Source: Candidatus Dojkabacteria bacterium
GTDB lineage: Bacteria; Patescibacteriota; Dojkabacteria; SC72
DNA: 64,000 nt
Assembly: GCA_050950145.1 (NCBI GenBank)
Contig: JBMNHB010000001.1
Location: 556,820 to 620,819, forward strand
Direction: 5' to 3'
In this document: piece after piece, positions 1 through 10,130 of the stretch
How positions within the stretch are numbered: the stretch's first letter is position 1
How the letters are laid out: each line of letters starts with the position of its first letter
Position numbers and translations under genes: made by a program
The notes under the pieces: generated by a model
Seen by the model: the letters and a program-made list of their open reading frames with translations, nothing else
Database searches by the model: none
Told to the model about the DNA's origin: nothing

Positions 1-90
1 AATTGTTCTATGTATAAAAAAGAAGGACTCTTTATATATATACAAACATATATAAAGAGTCCGTTACAACGAACAAAGGATTATTAAAAA

Positions 91-543
91 CTATTGAATA
101 TCTTCATCTCCTTCACCCTCATTAGAAATCTTCTTTTTCATTAAGAAGTGTTCATACTTCTTGAAAATCCTTTCCAGATGGGGAAACACCAACTTTTCCC
201 AGTCATAACGAAGATTAAGTGGGGAAGCCCATTCAGGAAAGTAAAGTTTCAATAAGAGATAGAATTCTCCCTTGACTTTAAAAAGAGAACATCTTTCAAG
301 TTGATCAATCTCACAGATTTCTTGGAAGAATTCTTCTGTTTCCTGAGATACAACACTACGACGACTACGCTCATCGTAATGACGCATACTTTTCCACCCC
401 AATACTTCTCCATTAGTCCTATGTTTAAACTCTGAAGCAATTTCACCAGTAAGTAGTGCCCTAGCTTCATCATCACGGTCATATCCCCCTTGGACCCATA
501 CAAGACAGACACCATGGATAATCTTAAACCTACACTCCGACAT
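91..543 (-). CDS. hypothetical acidic cytoplasmic protein (150 aa)
   Basis: Long ORF, last gene of a co-directional three-gene run after the VirD4-like ATPase. I recognise no motif. Confidence 0.4.
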   Translation of the reverse strand: MSECRFKIIHGVCLVWVQGGYDRDDEARALLTGEIASEFKHRTNGEVLGWKSMRHYDERSRRSVVSQETEEFFQEICEIDQLERCSLFKVKGEFYLLLKLYFPEWASPLNLRYDWEKLVFPHLERIFKKYEHFLMKKKISNEGEGDEDIQ

Positions 544-555
544 TTTTACTCCTTC

Positions 556-1059
556 CTATTCCACCTTTATCCTTTTCTCAAACTTCTCCATCTCTTCAAT
601 GATAAAATCAATTACCTCGAGATTAAACTTTTCCTCTGCAGACAAAGTAAGTTCACCCATAACATGATGGTTATAGTCTAACAACAGAATGGGCTCTTGA
701 TAGGCATCTTTGAATGTTGTAATTGTATTAAAGCTATCTCCTTCATCCAAGTTTGGACTAATGGCTTCTTGTTCAGGATATTCATCATAATATCTCCATC
801 GTTCAAATGTAATGACATTACGAAGATCTTTACTGAGTTTTTCTCTCATTGCCAATATAGTCGACTTAGATAAAACATATCCCTTATCTACAGTAAGATA
901 GGTCCTCCCATTAATCTGTTTGATTATACTAAAAGGACAATCTGGACTATCAATTGGATTTTTAAAGACAAAAATTCTACTGTGCCCTCTCCACTCTTGG
1001 ACTTTTAAAACTGGTTTTTCAAGATAATCGTAAAACATTTTAGTTTCCTTTCTACCCAT
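556..1059 (-). CDS. hypothetical protein (167 aa)
   Basis: Long ORF lying 13 bp from the next gene. No recognisable motif. Confidence 0.4.
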   Translation of the reverse strand: MGRKETKMFYDYLEKPVLKVQEWRGHSRIFVFKNPIDSPDCPFSIIKQINGRTYLTVDKGYVLSKSTILAMREKLSKDLRNVITFERWRYYDEYPEQEAISPNLDEGDSFNTITTFKDAYQEPILLLDYNHHVMGELTLSAEEKFNLEVIDFIIEEMEKFEKRIKVE

Positions 1060-1254
1060 CTAGGTATATATATTTATTTGCACTAATGTGCTCAATACAG
1101 CCCTTAATACATGTTAAGAGGTATATGGAGCACAATAGTTAATAAATAATAGGAAAGAAGATATTAATAAAACCTTTGTTGTTAAAGAACAATATATCTA
1201 CATACTAAGATATAGATACATATGTATATTGTAACACTCTATAGGACTATATGT

Positions 1255-3789
1255 CTACTCCTTCTTATCTTCTACTGGCTTTTTCTCTCTTGGCTTTTTC
1301 TCTGGTTTCAAATCTTCAACCTCCTCTTTCTCCTTAGGTTTTTTAACTTCTTCAGTTTTCTCTACAGACTCCTCTTTCTTCATACTACTCCTATTCCCCT
1401 TCTCACTATATGTCTGTGTACTCCACTTCATAATCTTCTCTTCTATCTCTTCTCTTGGCATACCATATTTCTCCCTAGAATGTAAAACAATCTCATCTCT
1501 AAGATTATACTTCTCAAACCTAACAGGTAAAGACTTAGCACTAAACGGTACAGATGTCATACCATCAATACAAAGCTTAATATACATAGCATATGCATCC
1601 AAAGAAACAAGATCATCAGAAGAAACAACAGGAGCAAACTCCTTCTCTAAAATACTAGCATCAGCCTGACTTACAACAAAAGAACCAAGAGTACCAACAT
1701 TACCAAAAATAGCCTGTCTAACAGTAATAGGTAGTTGATCAATATACTGATTAGTCATAGTAAGATTAAGTTTGTACTTCCTAGCCTCCGAAAGAATCTT
1801 AGCAAAAGACTCTGTAGCAAAGTTCTGAAACTCATCAACATACAGATAGAAATCTGTCCTTTGTTCCTCTGGAATATCTACCCTCTCCATAGCTGTAGCT
1901 TGAAGACGAGTGATTATCATACCTCCAAGAAGAGATGCTGTCTCCTCTCCTAGTCTTCCTTGTGCAAGATTAACAAGAAGAATCTTCTTGTTATCCATGA
2001 TCTCCCTTAGATCAATTGTTGACTTTACCTGGCCAATTATATTTCTTGTAACAGCAGAAGAGATAAATCTACCAACCTTATTCTGTATTGGAGATACTGC
2101 TTCTGCAAGCAACCTATTATTCTCAGCCATCTGTGCAAATTCCTCATTCCAAAATTTGTAAAGAATTGGATCATTAACCTGTTTTAATATGAACTTCCTG
2201 TAATTCTTGTCTGTTAACATTCTAATAACGGCAAGAAGAGTTGTACCCTGTGCCTCCATAACAGTAGCTACAGTATTAGTAAGAATATATTGTAATCTAG
2301 GACCCCAAGAATCACCAAACTGCTTCTTAAATACCTCCACCACCCCATCAGCAATTAAATCTCTCTGTGACTTATCCTTAAGCTCTAAAAGATTAAACCC
2401 TACTGGATGATCAACATCTGTAGGATTAAAGTAAACCACATCCTGCACTCTGTTTGGTGGAATATATGAAAGAAGTTCCTCTACAGTATCACCATGAGGA
2501 TCTACAAAACACGCACCATCTCCAGCTAAAACATCAGAGATGAACATATTCTTAAACAAAGTGGATTTACCAGTACCTGTCTTACCTAAAAGATAGAAGT
2601 GTCTCACCCTATCTCTCCTCTTTATCCCAAATTGTACTTTAACATCTCTGTAATCAGTAGTACCAAAGACTGTAACATCATCATCTGTACTTCTTGGTAA
2701 ATTCATAGGAGGTTCTAACTTCCTAGACCTACTCCAAGCAATATTTGGAGTTTCAACTGATATATTTGGCAAGTGATACAAAGATGCTAACTCCTCAATA
2801 TTTACAATATCCCTCTGATCTCCAATATCTCTTTTGATATAGCTATCATAGATTTCCTTACCTGTACTTGTAGGTTCAGCATACACCAAGTTGTTAAGAT
2901 GGGCAGTAGTAAATTGCTTAAAACTAGCTACAACATCTCTAAGTAACTGCTCTGATCTAAACTGATCCTCAGCCTTTGTTATAACTCTAATCTTAAACTC
3001 AAACCCAACTTTCAACATCTTGTTTGCAATCTCACTCAACTCCTCCTCCTGTCCTGGCAAAAGCTTAACTATCTCCTTAGCTGCTGGTTTAGCATTTGGA
3101 TCGGTATTAAGAGCATCTCCTATACCTTTAGCTAACTTTGAAACTAACTCAGCAAAAGATGGTCCACTCAAACTCTTTCCTTCCTTAATAGCTGTAATAT
3201 ATTCTTTAGACTTCTCCTGCCATGTATTAGAGATTGGCCTCACAATTACCTGTAACCAAACTTTCTCATGCTTGTTTAATTCGGACATAGCTCCAGTTAT
3301 AGCAGCAAGAGGATCTACTTCAAAACTTCTAAATGTCTTTATCGGAAATATTGAATCTTTCTCCATCTCTATCTCACCTGCTGTAACAAAGACTTCCTGA
3401 TCACTCTGTTCCTTTGTATAGTCTTGAACATACTCAATATCAGCATTTGGATACTGTGCATATATCTGACCTTCTATAAAGCGACAAAGATGTTGTGGAG
3501 CTACAACAAAAAACCTAATCCCATCAGCATCAGTAGAGATAATTTCAAAACTAATCACATCTTCACCTCTTTTGTTTCCTCCCAAAATACCATGAATTGA
3601 TGCAAACATCTGCTCTGCTGCCAAAGATGCTTTCTCATTCTCTTTAGGCACAAGTATCTGCATAATCAAAGGATTTCTAACCTCGTTATACACCTCCTCC
3701 TCTTCCGGTTTCTGTCTAAAAAAGAGGAATATCAAACCTAAAAAAAGAAAAGCTCCTATTATTACTACCAACATTAGTGTTAAATCCAT
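1255..3789 (-). CDS. membrane-anchored FtsK/HerA/VirD4-TraG-like P-loop ATPase (type IV secretion coupling-protein-like), with a KE-rich C-terminal tail
   Basis: N-terminal transmembrane segment (LMLVVIIGAFLFLGLIFLFF). Walker A motif LLGKTGTGKSTLF. Walker B-like FYLYVDEFQNF. Lys/Glu low-complexity C-terminus. Confidence 0.55.
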   Translation of the reverse strand: MDLTLMLVVIIGAFLFLGLIFLFFRQKPEEEEVYNEVRNPLIMQILVPKENEKASLAAEQMFASIHGILGGNKRGEDVISFEIISTDADGIRFFVVAPQHLCRFIEGQIYAQYPNADIEYVQDYTKEQSDQEVFVTAGEIEMEKDSIFPIKTFRSFEVDPLAAITGAMSELNKHEKVWLQVIVRPISNTWQEKSKEYITAIKEGKSLSGPSFAELVSKLAKGIGDALNTDPNAKPAAKEIVKLLPGQEEELSEIANKMLKVGFEFKIRVITKAEDQFRSEQLLRDVVASFKQFTTAHLNNLVYAEPTSTGKEIYDSYIKRDIGDQRDIVNIEELASLYHLPNISVETPNIAWSRSRKLEPPMNLPRSTDDDVTVFGTTDYRDVKVQFGIKRRDRVRHFYLLGKTGTGKSTLFKNMFISDVLAGDGACFVDPHGDTVEELLSYIPPNRVQDVVYFNPTDVDHPVGFNLLELKDKSQRDLIADGVVEVFKKQFGDSWGPRLQYILTNTVATVMEAQGTTLLAVIRMLTDKNYRKFILKQVNDPILYKFWNEEFAQMAENNRLLAEAVSPIQNKVGRFISSAVTRNIIGQVKSTIDLREIMDNKKILLVNLAQGRLGEETASLLGGMIITRLQATAMERVDIPEEQRTDFYLYVDEFQNFATESFAKILSEARKYKLNLTMTNQYIDQLPITVRQAIFGNVGTLGSFVVSQADASILEKEFAPVVSSDDLVSLDAYAMYIKLCIDGMTSVPFSAKSLPVRFEKYNLRDEIVLHSREKYGMPREEIEEKIMKWSTQTYSEKGNRSSMKKEESVEKTEEVKKPKEKEEVEDLKPEKKPREKKPVEDKKE

Positions 3790-3834
3790 ATTTGTAAAAT
3801 TTTAAAGTAAAAGTAATGATTTATCAAATATATT

Positions 3835-4974
3835 CTAGAAGCTATACATAGATTTAATATCCTTTCCTAAAACAACAACAATATCCCCTGTTGTCATAAA
3901 ATCAGGTCTACCTTCTACTGTCTCAAACTCTACTGGTATAACATCAGAAACCACTCTGTAGGCATTAGAAAATTTATCCATATTTGAAATATATACTTTA
4001 GTTCTTTCCTCACTGTTTGGTGCATTTCCATACCTAACAACATCACAACAAGTATTAACAATCTTTCTTCCAAAACTAGATGCCACACCTGTAAGCTCAC
4101 TCCCATTATACACCTCTACCCTAACCCTTTCATTCTCCAACCCTCTATCAAGAACTTTTTCAAACAGATCACGGAAAACCTTATCATACTCTGTTGTATT
4201 CAAAACCTTAATCTTATCTCCTGTTACCAAACTTCCTTCCACTAAAAAGTCATCTTCTCCTAGATTTATAATTTTTCTAATATATTTACTCCTACCATAA
4301 CCAGCATTTTGAATCTCTAGTTTAATATCATAGAAAGGAATATTAGAGTAAATCTTCTCATCTAACTTTGCTAGTGAACTAGCATATCTAAACATATGAA
4401 AAAAACCTAAATGACTATTCAAATTCCTAATATTTTCAAGATTAGAACCATCATAATCAAAACTAATAGCTTCTAATGATTCAGAAGAGAAGAAAATATA
4501 TTTATCACTCTTAAAACCTAATAACTGATTGATCTGCCATATTGCATACTCCACTCCCCTACCTTTTTCTAGAAAATCTCCTGCATATCTAAAAGAAGAA
4601 ACAGCTATCTCATTACCAAATTTCTCTTCAAGCCCTGTATAGTAAACATGTGCAGGAAGATATATCACTATCTCAAACTGTTTATCCGGATTAGTTAAAT
4701 ATACATATACATCAGTTATCCTTCTTTGCTCTCCATTTCCTTTTTCTAAAACAATCAAAGTCTTTTTTAAAGAATCAACTCTCTCAGACAATATATATCC
4801 ACTTGAAGAAAACTCTGTTGTAATATCCTTAGTCTTTACAGAAAAGATTACAAAAAGGGAATATATAACATAGAGAAATCCTAATGTTAAAACAATGTAA
4901 AAAAGAATTTTCAAAAAGGGAAATTTCTTTTTCGTACTACTAGATTTTTCTTTTACTCTTCGTCTTCTGGGCAT
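3835..4974 (-). CDS. membrane-anchored LytR-CpsA-Psr (LCP)-like protein
   Basis: Basic N-terminus plus a transmembrane segment. The region RRITDVYVYLTNPDKQFEIVIYLPAHVY resembles the LCP core (RxD..M..vnp..k...lSiPRD). The match is weak. Confidence 0.4.
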   Translation of the reverse strand: MPRRRRVKEKSSSTKKKFPFLKILFYIVLTLGFLYVIYSLFVIFSVKTKDITTEFSSSGYILSERVDSLKKTLIVLEKGNGEQRRITDVYVYLTNPDKQFEIVIYLPAHVYYTGLEEKFGNEIAVSSFRYAGDFLEKGRGVEYAIWQINQLLGFKSDKYIFFSSESLEAISFDYDGSNLENIRNLNSHLGFFHMFRYASSLAKLDEKIYSNIPFYDIKLEIQNAGYGRSKYIRKIINLGEDDFLVEGSLVTGDKIKVLNTTEYDKVFRDLFEKVLDRGLENERVRVEVYNGSELTGVASSFGRKIVNTCCDVVRYGNAPNSEERTKVYISNMDKFSNAYRVVSDVIPVEFETVEGRPDFMTTGDIVVVLGKDIKSMYSF

Positions 4975-5962
4975 TTTTGTAAAGATTAAACGATTCTCTC
5001 TCTCCTTTCATGTTTTCAAAGGAAAGAAGAATTGAAGTTAATTCTATACTATCTGGTACTCCTCCCCTACCTTTCTTTGTAGAGTATAGTGTATCACCAA
5101 CAATGTTAATTCCCAAGTATTCAAGAGTTGCTCTAATTTGGTGCATTCTTCCGGTTTCAATTTTAATCAGTAATTCATTTTCATTAATTGGTTTTACATA
5201 TGTGAGAGCATATTTCCCTCCATTATTAAATTTCTCTGGTGTAAACCTCATCTTCATTCTATTTACATTGTTCCTTTGAACATATCCTTCTAATTTTTCC
5301 CAACTATCATCAACAATGAAATCTCTTGATTCTAAACTTTCAATAACAGAGGAAATATCTACACCTTTCTTAATTTTTTCCTTCAGTATAGTTGGGAAAT
5401 TCTTACTTTCCACATTTGCATGATAAAGTTTAACCACTTTGTGTTCTTCAAATTGTTTTTGATAATACATCTGTGATTCTTGCGTTTTAGCAAAAAGGAT
5501 TAAACCAGAAACTCCTTTATCTAACCTATGAACAACACCTCCTCTTTTAACTCTTTCATCATACTCTCCTTTTGACTGAAGATATCCAACAACATAGTTA
5601 GAAAGTGTATTATCACTGTTTCCAGCTCCTGGATGAACAACTATTCCTGATGCTTTATTTAATATTAGTATTTCACTATTTTCAAAGAAAATATCTAGAT
5701 CACCCTCTTGAGGAACTATTCTTAATCCAGATGTATCTTCCTTTATCTTCTGTTCTAAAAGAGAAACATCTATGTATACAAGATCATTCTCTTTTAATTT
5801 TAATGATGGTTTAACAACTTTTTCATTTACTAAAACTAAATTATCCCAATATTTCTTCAGAAAAGATCTGGTTACTAACTTGAAAGAAGTATCCTTAAGA
5901 ATGTTTAATACAAAAATATCTAACCTCTCTCCAACTGCATCACTAGAAACTCTTTCTTCCAT
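4940..5962 (-). CDS. rluD: RluA/RluD-family rRNA pseudouridine synthase with an N-terminal S4 domain
   Basis: RluA catalytic motif HRLDKGVSGLILFAKT. S4-like N-terminus (RLDIFV...). Confidence 0.8.
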   Translation of the reverse strand: MEERVSSDAVGERLDIFVLNILKDTSFKLVTRSFLKKYWDNLVLVNEKVVKPSLKLKENDLVYIDVSLLEQKIKEDTSGLRIVPQEGDLDIFFENSEILILNKASGIVVHPGAGNSDNTLSNYVVGYLQSKGEYDERVKRGGVVHRLDKGVSGLILFAKTQESQMYYQKQFEEHKVVKLYHANVESKNFPTILKEKIKKGVDISSVIESLESRDFIVDDSWEKLEGYVQRNNVNRMKMRFTPEKFNNGGKYALTYVKPINENELLIKIETGRMHQIRATLEYLGINIVGDTLYSTKKGRGGVPDSIELTSILLSFENMKGERESFNLYKNAQKTKSKRKI

Positions 5963-5965
5963 ATA

Positions 5966-6802
5966 TTATCTCGGTAATCTAATCGGTTTAGTAACCTCCG
6001 GTATTGAGACCTGTCTAACAGATGAGACACTCTCAATAGTTACATTATTAATTTTCTTGGAATCTATTGTATTCATAACTACACCAGCTATATACCAAAC
6101 AAGAAGTATGACAATACCTACTATTGTTACAATTTGAGGAGAAGAAGAGAAATATACGAAACTAATAATTGCCACAGCAATTAGAGCAAAGATGTTTTGT
6201 AGAAGAATTCTTGTAGCATCTTTTCTCTTACCAGTATATATATTCATAAAGATACATTGTAAAATGATGAAAAGAACAAAAGGGATAAGTATCCACACAC
6301 CATGTTTGATCCATATATCATTCTTACTTTGTACCCCTACAAAGAGATATGTTAGAGCTATCATTCCCCAATTTGAAAGATACATAGCAGAAAACAATTC
6401 ACACCATCTCCATTTCTTTCTAAAAATAACTATTAGCGTTTGAGAAAGTAACACACCTAAGAAAGTATACAGAATATCTAGTTGACCATCCCAAAATTGA
6501 AAAAACCTCCACGGTAAAAGTCTGAAGAGATATACCTGATCACCATATCTCTCATATGGTAACCAATACCAAGTATATGATGAGAAATCAGACCAATTAA
6601 GGATGATGTACATAACTCTTCCTATAAATAGGCCTATGATTATGGAGACAATGAAGATATCAAAGACAGAAGAGTTATTCTTCCTACTTCTTACAGCTTC
6701 TTTCCAAAAGACATACAAACCAATGAAGAATATTACAAAAAGACCAATAAGTGGGTTAATACTACGGATAAAACTAATAATATTTGAAATAATCTCAGAC
6801 AC
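5966..6802 (-). CDS. lgt: prolipoprotein diacylglyceryl transferase
   Basis: Multi-pass membrane protein. IGLFIGRVMYII...LFRLLPWRFFQFWDGQLDILYTFLG aligns with the Lgt block LGGRIGYVLF...LFRVWDGGMSFHGG. Confidence 0.6.
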   Translation of the reverse strand: MSEIISNIISFIRSINPLIGLFVIFFIGLYVFWKEAVRSRKNNSSVFDIFIVSIIIGLFIGRVMYIILNWSDFSSYTWYWLPYERYGDQVYLFRLLPWRFFQFWDGQLDILYTFLGVLLSQTLIVIFRKKWRWCELFSAMYLSNWGMIALTYLFVGVQSKNDIWIKHGVWILIPFVLFIILQCIFMNIYTGKRKDATRILLQNIFALIAVAIISFVYFSSSPQIVTIVGIVILLVWYIAGVVMNTIDSKKINNVTIESVSSVRQVSIPEVTKPIRLPR

Positions 6803-6852
6803 TGGTGTTAGTCATACTTAATTAAGTATTATATGATAGCATAAATACAAAG

Positions 6853-7602
6853 CTATCTTCTCCTTTTCTTTTTCTTCTTTTTCTTACTAACTTGATTCTT
6901 TTCTTCAGAGTTTTCTCCCTGATTTTCTTTAATATCTTCTACTTTCTCTTTCTTTCCAAAAATTTTACTATGCAGATCTCTAAGCATATCCCCTATTGCA
7001 ACAGCTACTCCTTTCCTCTCTGTATACCTTACTCTCTTTGCTTCTACTACATCTGCAGCTTCCTCCTTGGATGCTTGAATCTGCTCTTCCATAACTTCCT
7101 TTGTTGGATGTTCCACCTCTATTGGAATAGTGGTTTTACCTGACATTTGATTCCCACAAGATGGACAATATTTATACTGCTTATCCATCTCTAATTCACA
7201 ATTTGAACATTTCATCTTTAAAACATATCTACAGTTTGGACAAAATGTAAAACCAGGATAGAGTTGTGTACCGCACTTAGGACAATCACCCAACTCAGCA
7301 GTTTCATACTTAAGATATCTTCTCTCAAGATCTGCCCAATATATCTCCTCTATCGTCTGGCTTGGTCGGATTAAGAGATAGATAATTAAACCAACAACAA
7401 AAAGAAGAAGAACAAGAAATACATATGCTATCCTTGTTTCTTTATTTGTCGTTCTATCTCCTGAATCTAGCCAAACCCAGTAAACCACAACTATCCAAAA
7501 AGCTCCTAACGCTATACCAAAAAGGGTCCACACAAAACTAAAATCAATCGTGGTTATTCTATCAAAGAAACCTAATACAACATCTTCCATAATTAATATC
7601 AC
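6853..7602 (-). CDS. membrane-anchored double zinc-ribbon protein with a poly-Lys/Arg C-terminus
   Basis: N-terminal transmembrane segment followed by CPKCG...CPNC and CSNC...CPSCG zinc-ribbon pairs. Confidence 0.5.
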   Translation of the reverse strand: MILIMEDVVLGFFDRITTIDFSFVWTLFGIALGAFWIVVVYWVWLDSGDRTTNKETRIAYVFLVLLLFVVGLIIYLLIRPSQTIEEIYWADLERRYLKYETAELGDCPKCGTQLYPGFTFCPNCRYVLKMKCSNCELEMDKQYKYCPSCGNQMSGKTTIPIEVEHPTKEVMEEQIQASKEEAADVVEAKRVRYTERKGVAVAIGDMLRDLHSKIFGKKEKVEDIKENQGENSEEKNQVSKKKKKKKRRR

Positions 7603-7616
7603 TTAACTTAAAAATA

Positions 7617-7700
7617 TGGTCGGGGAGGGAATCGAACCCTCATGCTATTGCTAGCACGGGATTTTGAGTCCCGCGTGTCTGCCAGTTCCACCACTCGACC
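7617..7700 (-). tRNA. tRNA-Leu (anticodon CAA), type II with a long variable arm
   Basis: Reverse complement folds into a cloverleaf: acceptor GGTCGAG, anticodon stem CGGGA/TCCCG with loop CTCAAAA, T-arm GAGGG-TTCGATT-CCCTC, discriminator A. CCA is not encoded. Confidence 0.8.
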
Positions 7701-7742
7701 CTAGCCGAATTATACTAAAGAATCACTTGTTTGGAAAGGTTT

Positions 7743-9065
7743 TTACTTACTGCTTTTATATAGGTTTCTAAAGCTTGCAATTTCAGGAATAAAGGCAAGG
7801 CGAATATCTCCTGTTGGTCCATTCCTATGCTTTGCTACAATTAAATCTCCGATACCTTTTTTCTCAGTATCAGGATTCCATATCTCTTCTCTGTCTATGA
7901 ACATGACAACATCTGCATCCTGCTCAATAGAACCAGACTCTCTTAAGTCTGATAACTGAGGTCTTCTACTCTGTCTCTGTTCAATAGCCCTAGATAGCTG
8001 AGAGAGTGCCACTACAGGAACATCTAATTCTTTTGCAATATTCTTTAATCCTTGTGATATCTCTCCTACTTCTAACACCCTACTCTCTTTACTATTCCCA
8101 TGCATAAGCTGAAGATAGTCAACAAAGATAATATCAACACCACTTTCAACTGCTAATCTTCTTGCTTTTGTTCTTAGGGAATTAATATGTTGACCTGCTT
8201 GATCATCAATAAATATATTTGCATCACCTAACTCACCCATTGTACTTGCCAACTTCATTAACTTCTTATCATCCAACCTTCCCGTTCTCATCTCCCAGAA
8301 AGGAATACCTGATTGCATACCTAAAAATCTCTCCATAATCTGAGTCTTAGACATCTCTAATGAGAAGAATGCAACAGTCTTTTTATCCACTAAGGCGGCA
8401 TACCTCATCATGTCTAATGCTAGCGCAGTTTTACCAACAGAAGGTCTTGCAGCTAATACTATTAAGTCCGATTTCTGAAAACCACCTAACAACTCATCTA
8501 AATCTTTAAATCCAGTAGAAATACCTAAATATGATTCATCTTTCTCTGCTCGTTCTGCCCTCTCATACGCCTCTTTAAGCAGATCTTTAATATGTACAAA
8601 GTTAACCTTAGTACCTGTTTGTGCTACATCAAAAATTTCTTTCTCTGATTTGTCAATAACCTCATCAATTGGAGTATCTTCATTCTTTGCAATAGATGAA
8701 ATTGTACCTGCTGCAGAGATTAATCCTCTTCTAATAGCACTCTCCTTCACAATCTCCCCATACTCCTCAGCATGAGATGAAGTTGCAACAGTTGTTAACA
8801 AATCTGCCAAATATCCAGCACCACCAGCAGCTGTAAGTTTCTTCTGTTTTTTTAATTTATCAACAACTGTAACTAAATCTACAGGAAGAGCATTATTAAA
8901 CAGATCCATAATAGCAGAATAGATTGTAATATGCTTACCATCAAAGAAATGCTCGGGTCTTAGCCATGCAGAAACAGTAATGATAGCGTCTTTGTCCATC
9001 AACATACAGCCAAGTAAGGATTTCTCTACTTCAATGTTTTGTGGTACATTTTTAATTTCTTTCAT
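7743..9065 (-). CDS. dnaB: replicative DNA helicase DnaB
   Basis: GISTGFKDLDELLGGF followed by Walker A ARPSVGKTALALDM. 440 aa. Confidence 0.9.
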   Translation of the reverse strand: MKEIKNVPQNIEVEKSLLGCMLMDKDAIITVSAWLRPEHFFDGKHITIYSAIMDLFNNALPVDLVTVVDKLKKQKKLTAAGGAGYLADLLTTVATSSHAEEYGEIVKESAIRRGLISAAGTISSIAKNEDTPIDEVIDKSEKEIFDVAQTGTKVNFVHIKDLLKEAYERAERAEKDESYLGISTGFKDLDELLGGFQKSDLIVLAARPSVGKTALALDMMRYAALVDKKTVAFFSLEMSKTQIMERFLGMQSGIPFWEMRTGRLDDKKLMKLASTMGELGDANIFIDDQAGQHINSLRTKARRLAVESGVDIIFVDYLQLMHGNSKESRVLEVGEISQGLKNIAKELDVPVVALSQLSRAIEQRQSRRPQLSDLRESGSIEQDADVVMFIDREEIWNPDTEKKGIGDLIVAKHRNGPTGDIRLAFIPEIASFRNLYKSSK

Positions 9066-9073
9066 CTTAAAGA

Positions 9074-9724
9074 TTACTTAAGAAATATAACTTCAACACT
9101 CTTCTGATCCTCCTCTACTCTCTTCCTCGCAAGATTAACAAACCCCTCATCTCTTGCATTAGCGTATCCAAAATACTGTATGAATTCCTCCCTACTCTTC
9201 AATCCCTCATCCTTCTTAGACTCCCCTTTATACGCACAAGGAATCAATATCGCTGGATCAATATTTGAAATAACTTTTTCAATCGTATCGTATTCCATAA
9301 ACATATCTCCATTTCCAACAGGAAGAATCAAAGCATCAACATCTCCTAAATTCTTAACCTTCTCTGGATCAAAATCCTTACCTGTTGCACCCATATATAC
9401 AGTTCTGAGGTTCTTGTCATCAATTATGTAAAATTCCTCATTGATATTTCTTCTAATCATAATTCCACCAACCTCATACTCACCTGCTGTATATATCTCC
9501 ATAATCTTCTCCCTTTTATCTGGTACAACCTTATCCTCTAAGTTTAATTTTTTTAGTATAGAGGTATCATCAGGAGTACTTGGATAATCTGTAAACAATA
9601 CAACATCTGCTGCAGTCTTAGGAAAACTTGCTCCAGATTCTTTAAGAATACCTGGATCTGTAAGTACAGAAATATTATCTGTAGTAAGAAGAAATGTTGT
9701 CCAACCCACCTTTTTTATTTTCAT
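9074..9724 (-). CDS. hypothetical protein, possibly a degenerate MBL-fold (UPF0173-like) protein
   Basis: Size and beta-lactamase-fold-like N-terminus, but no HxHxDH motif is visible. Confidence 0.35.
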   Translation of the reverse strand: MKIKKVGWTTFLLTTDNISVLTDPGILKESGASFPKTAADVVLFTDYPSTPDDTSILKKLNLEDKVVPDKREKIMEIYTAGEYEVGGIMIRRNINEEFYIIDDKNLRTVYMGATGKDFDPEKVKNLGDVDALILPVGNGDMFMEYDTIEKVISNIDPAILIPCAYKGESKKDEGLKSREEFIQYFGYANARDEGFVNLARKRVEEDQKSVEVIFLK

Positions 9725-9797
9725 ACAATATACTGATTAAACTAAAACTAGATACTTAAGTATATCAAATTATCATTGGGCAATTTTACACTTTTTA

Positions 9798-10016
9798 CTA
9801 TTTCAATCCTAATGTATCTTTAATATCTTCAAGCATAGATTCTTTCATCTGCTGTTTGATAAGCTCCGTTTTCAGACTCTCCAAAGAAGATATACTAGCT
9901 TGAAGTTGTGTCATAACTCTACTATCAGATTCTCCCCTAAGAATCATGTTTTTAACACCTCCGACTTGCCCTTCTACCCTCTTAATTCTGTTCTGAATTT
10001 TCACTGGATATTTCAT
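9798..10016 (-). CDS. CsoR/RcnR/FrmR-family (DUF156) transcriptional regulator, Cys-less variant
   Basis: IKRVEGQVGGVKNMI....QLQASISSLESL matches the RLKRIEGQVRGlqrM...Qi.A...AL core. The usual metal-liganding Cys position is Ser. Confidence 0.5.
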   Translation of the reverse strand: MKYPVKIQNRIKRVEGQVGGVKNMILRGESDSRVMTQLQASISSLESLKTELIKQQMKESMLEDIKDTLGLK

Positions 10017-10052
10017 ACTTCAGTATATCACAAAATATTGCCTACTGTTAAC

Positions 10053-10130
10053 CAGACCAGGTCTGTACAAAAACCATTGACAGTAAAGAGCTAACTACTG
10101 TTTTGTTACGATTAGTTAACTTACTATGAG
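10053..10130 (-). promoter_or_regulatory. palindrome-bearing promoter element (family copy 1) upstream of the csoR-like gene
   Basis: CAGACCAGGTCTG palindrome plus a conserved ~60-nt tail ending ...TTAACTTACTATGAG. A -10-like TATACT follows on the minus strand. Confidence 0.5.

Noticed and set aside
1222-1485. 87-aa plus-strand Leu/Phe-rich ORF
   Set aside because: It is the reverse-frame artefact of the KE-rich low-complexity tail of the VirD4-like ATPase gene.
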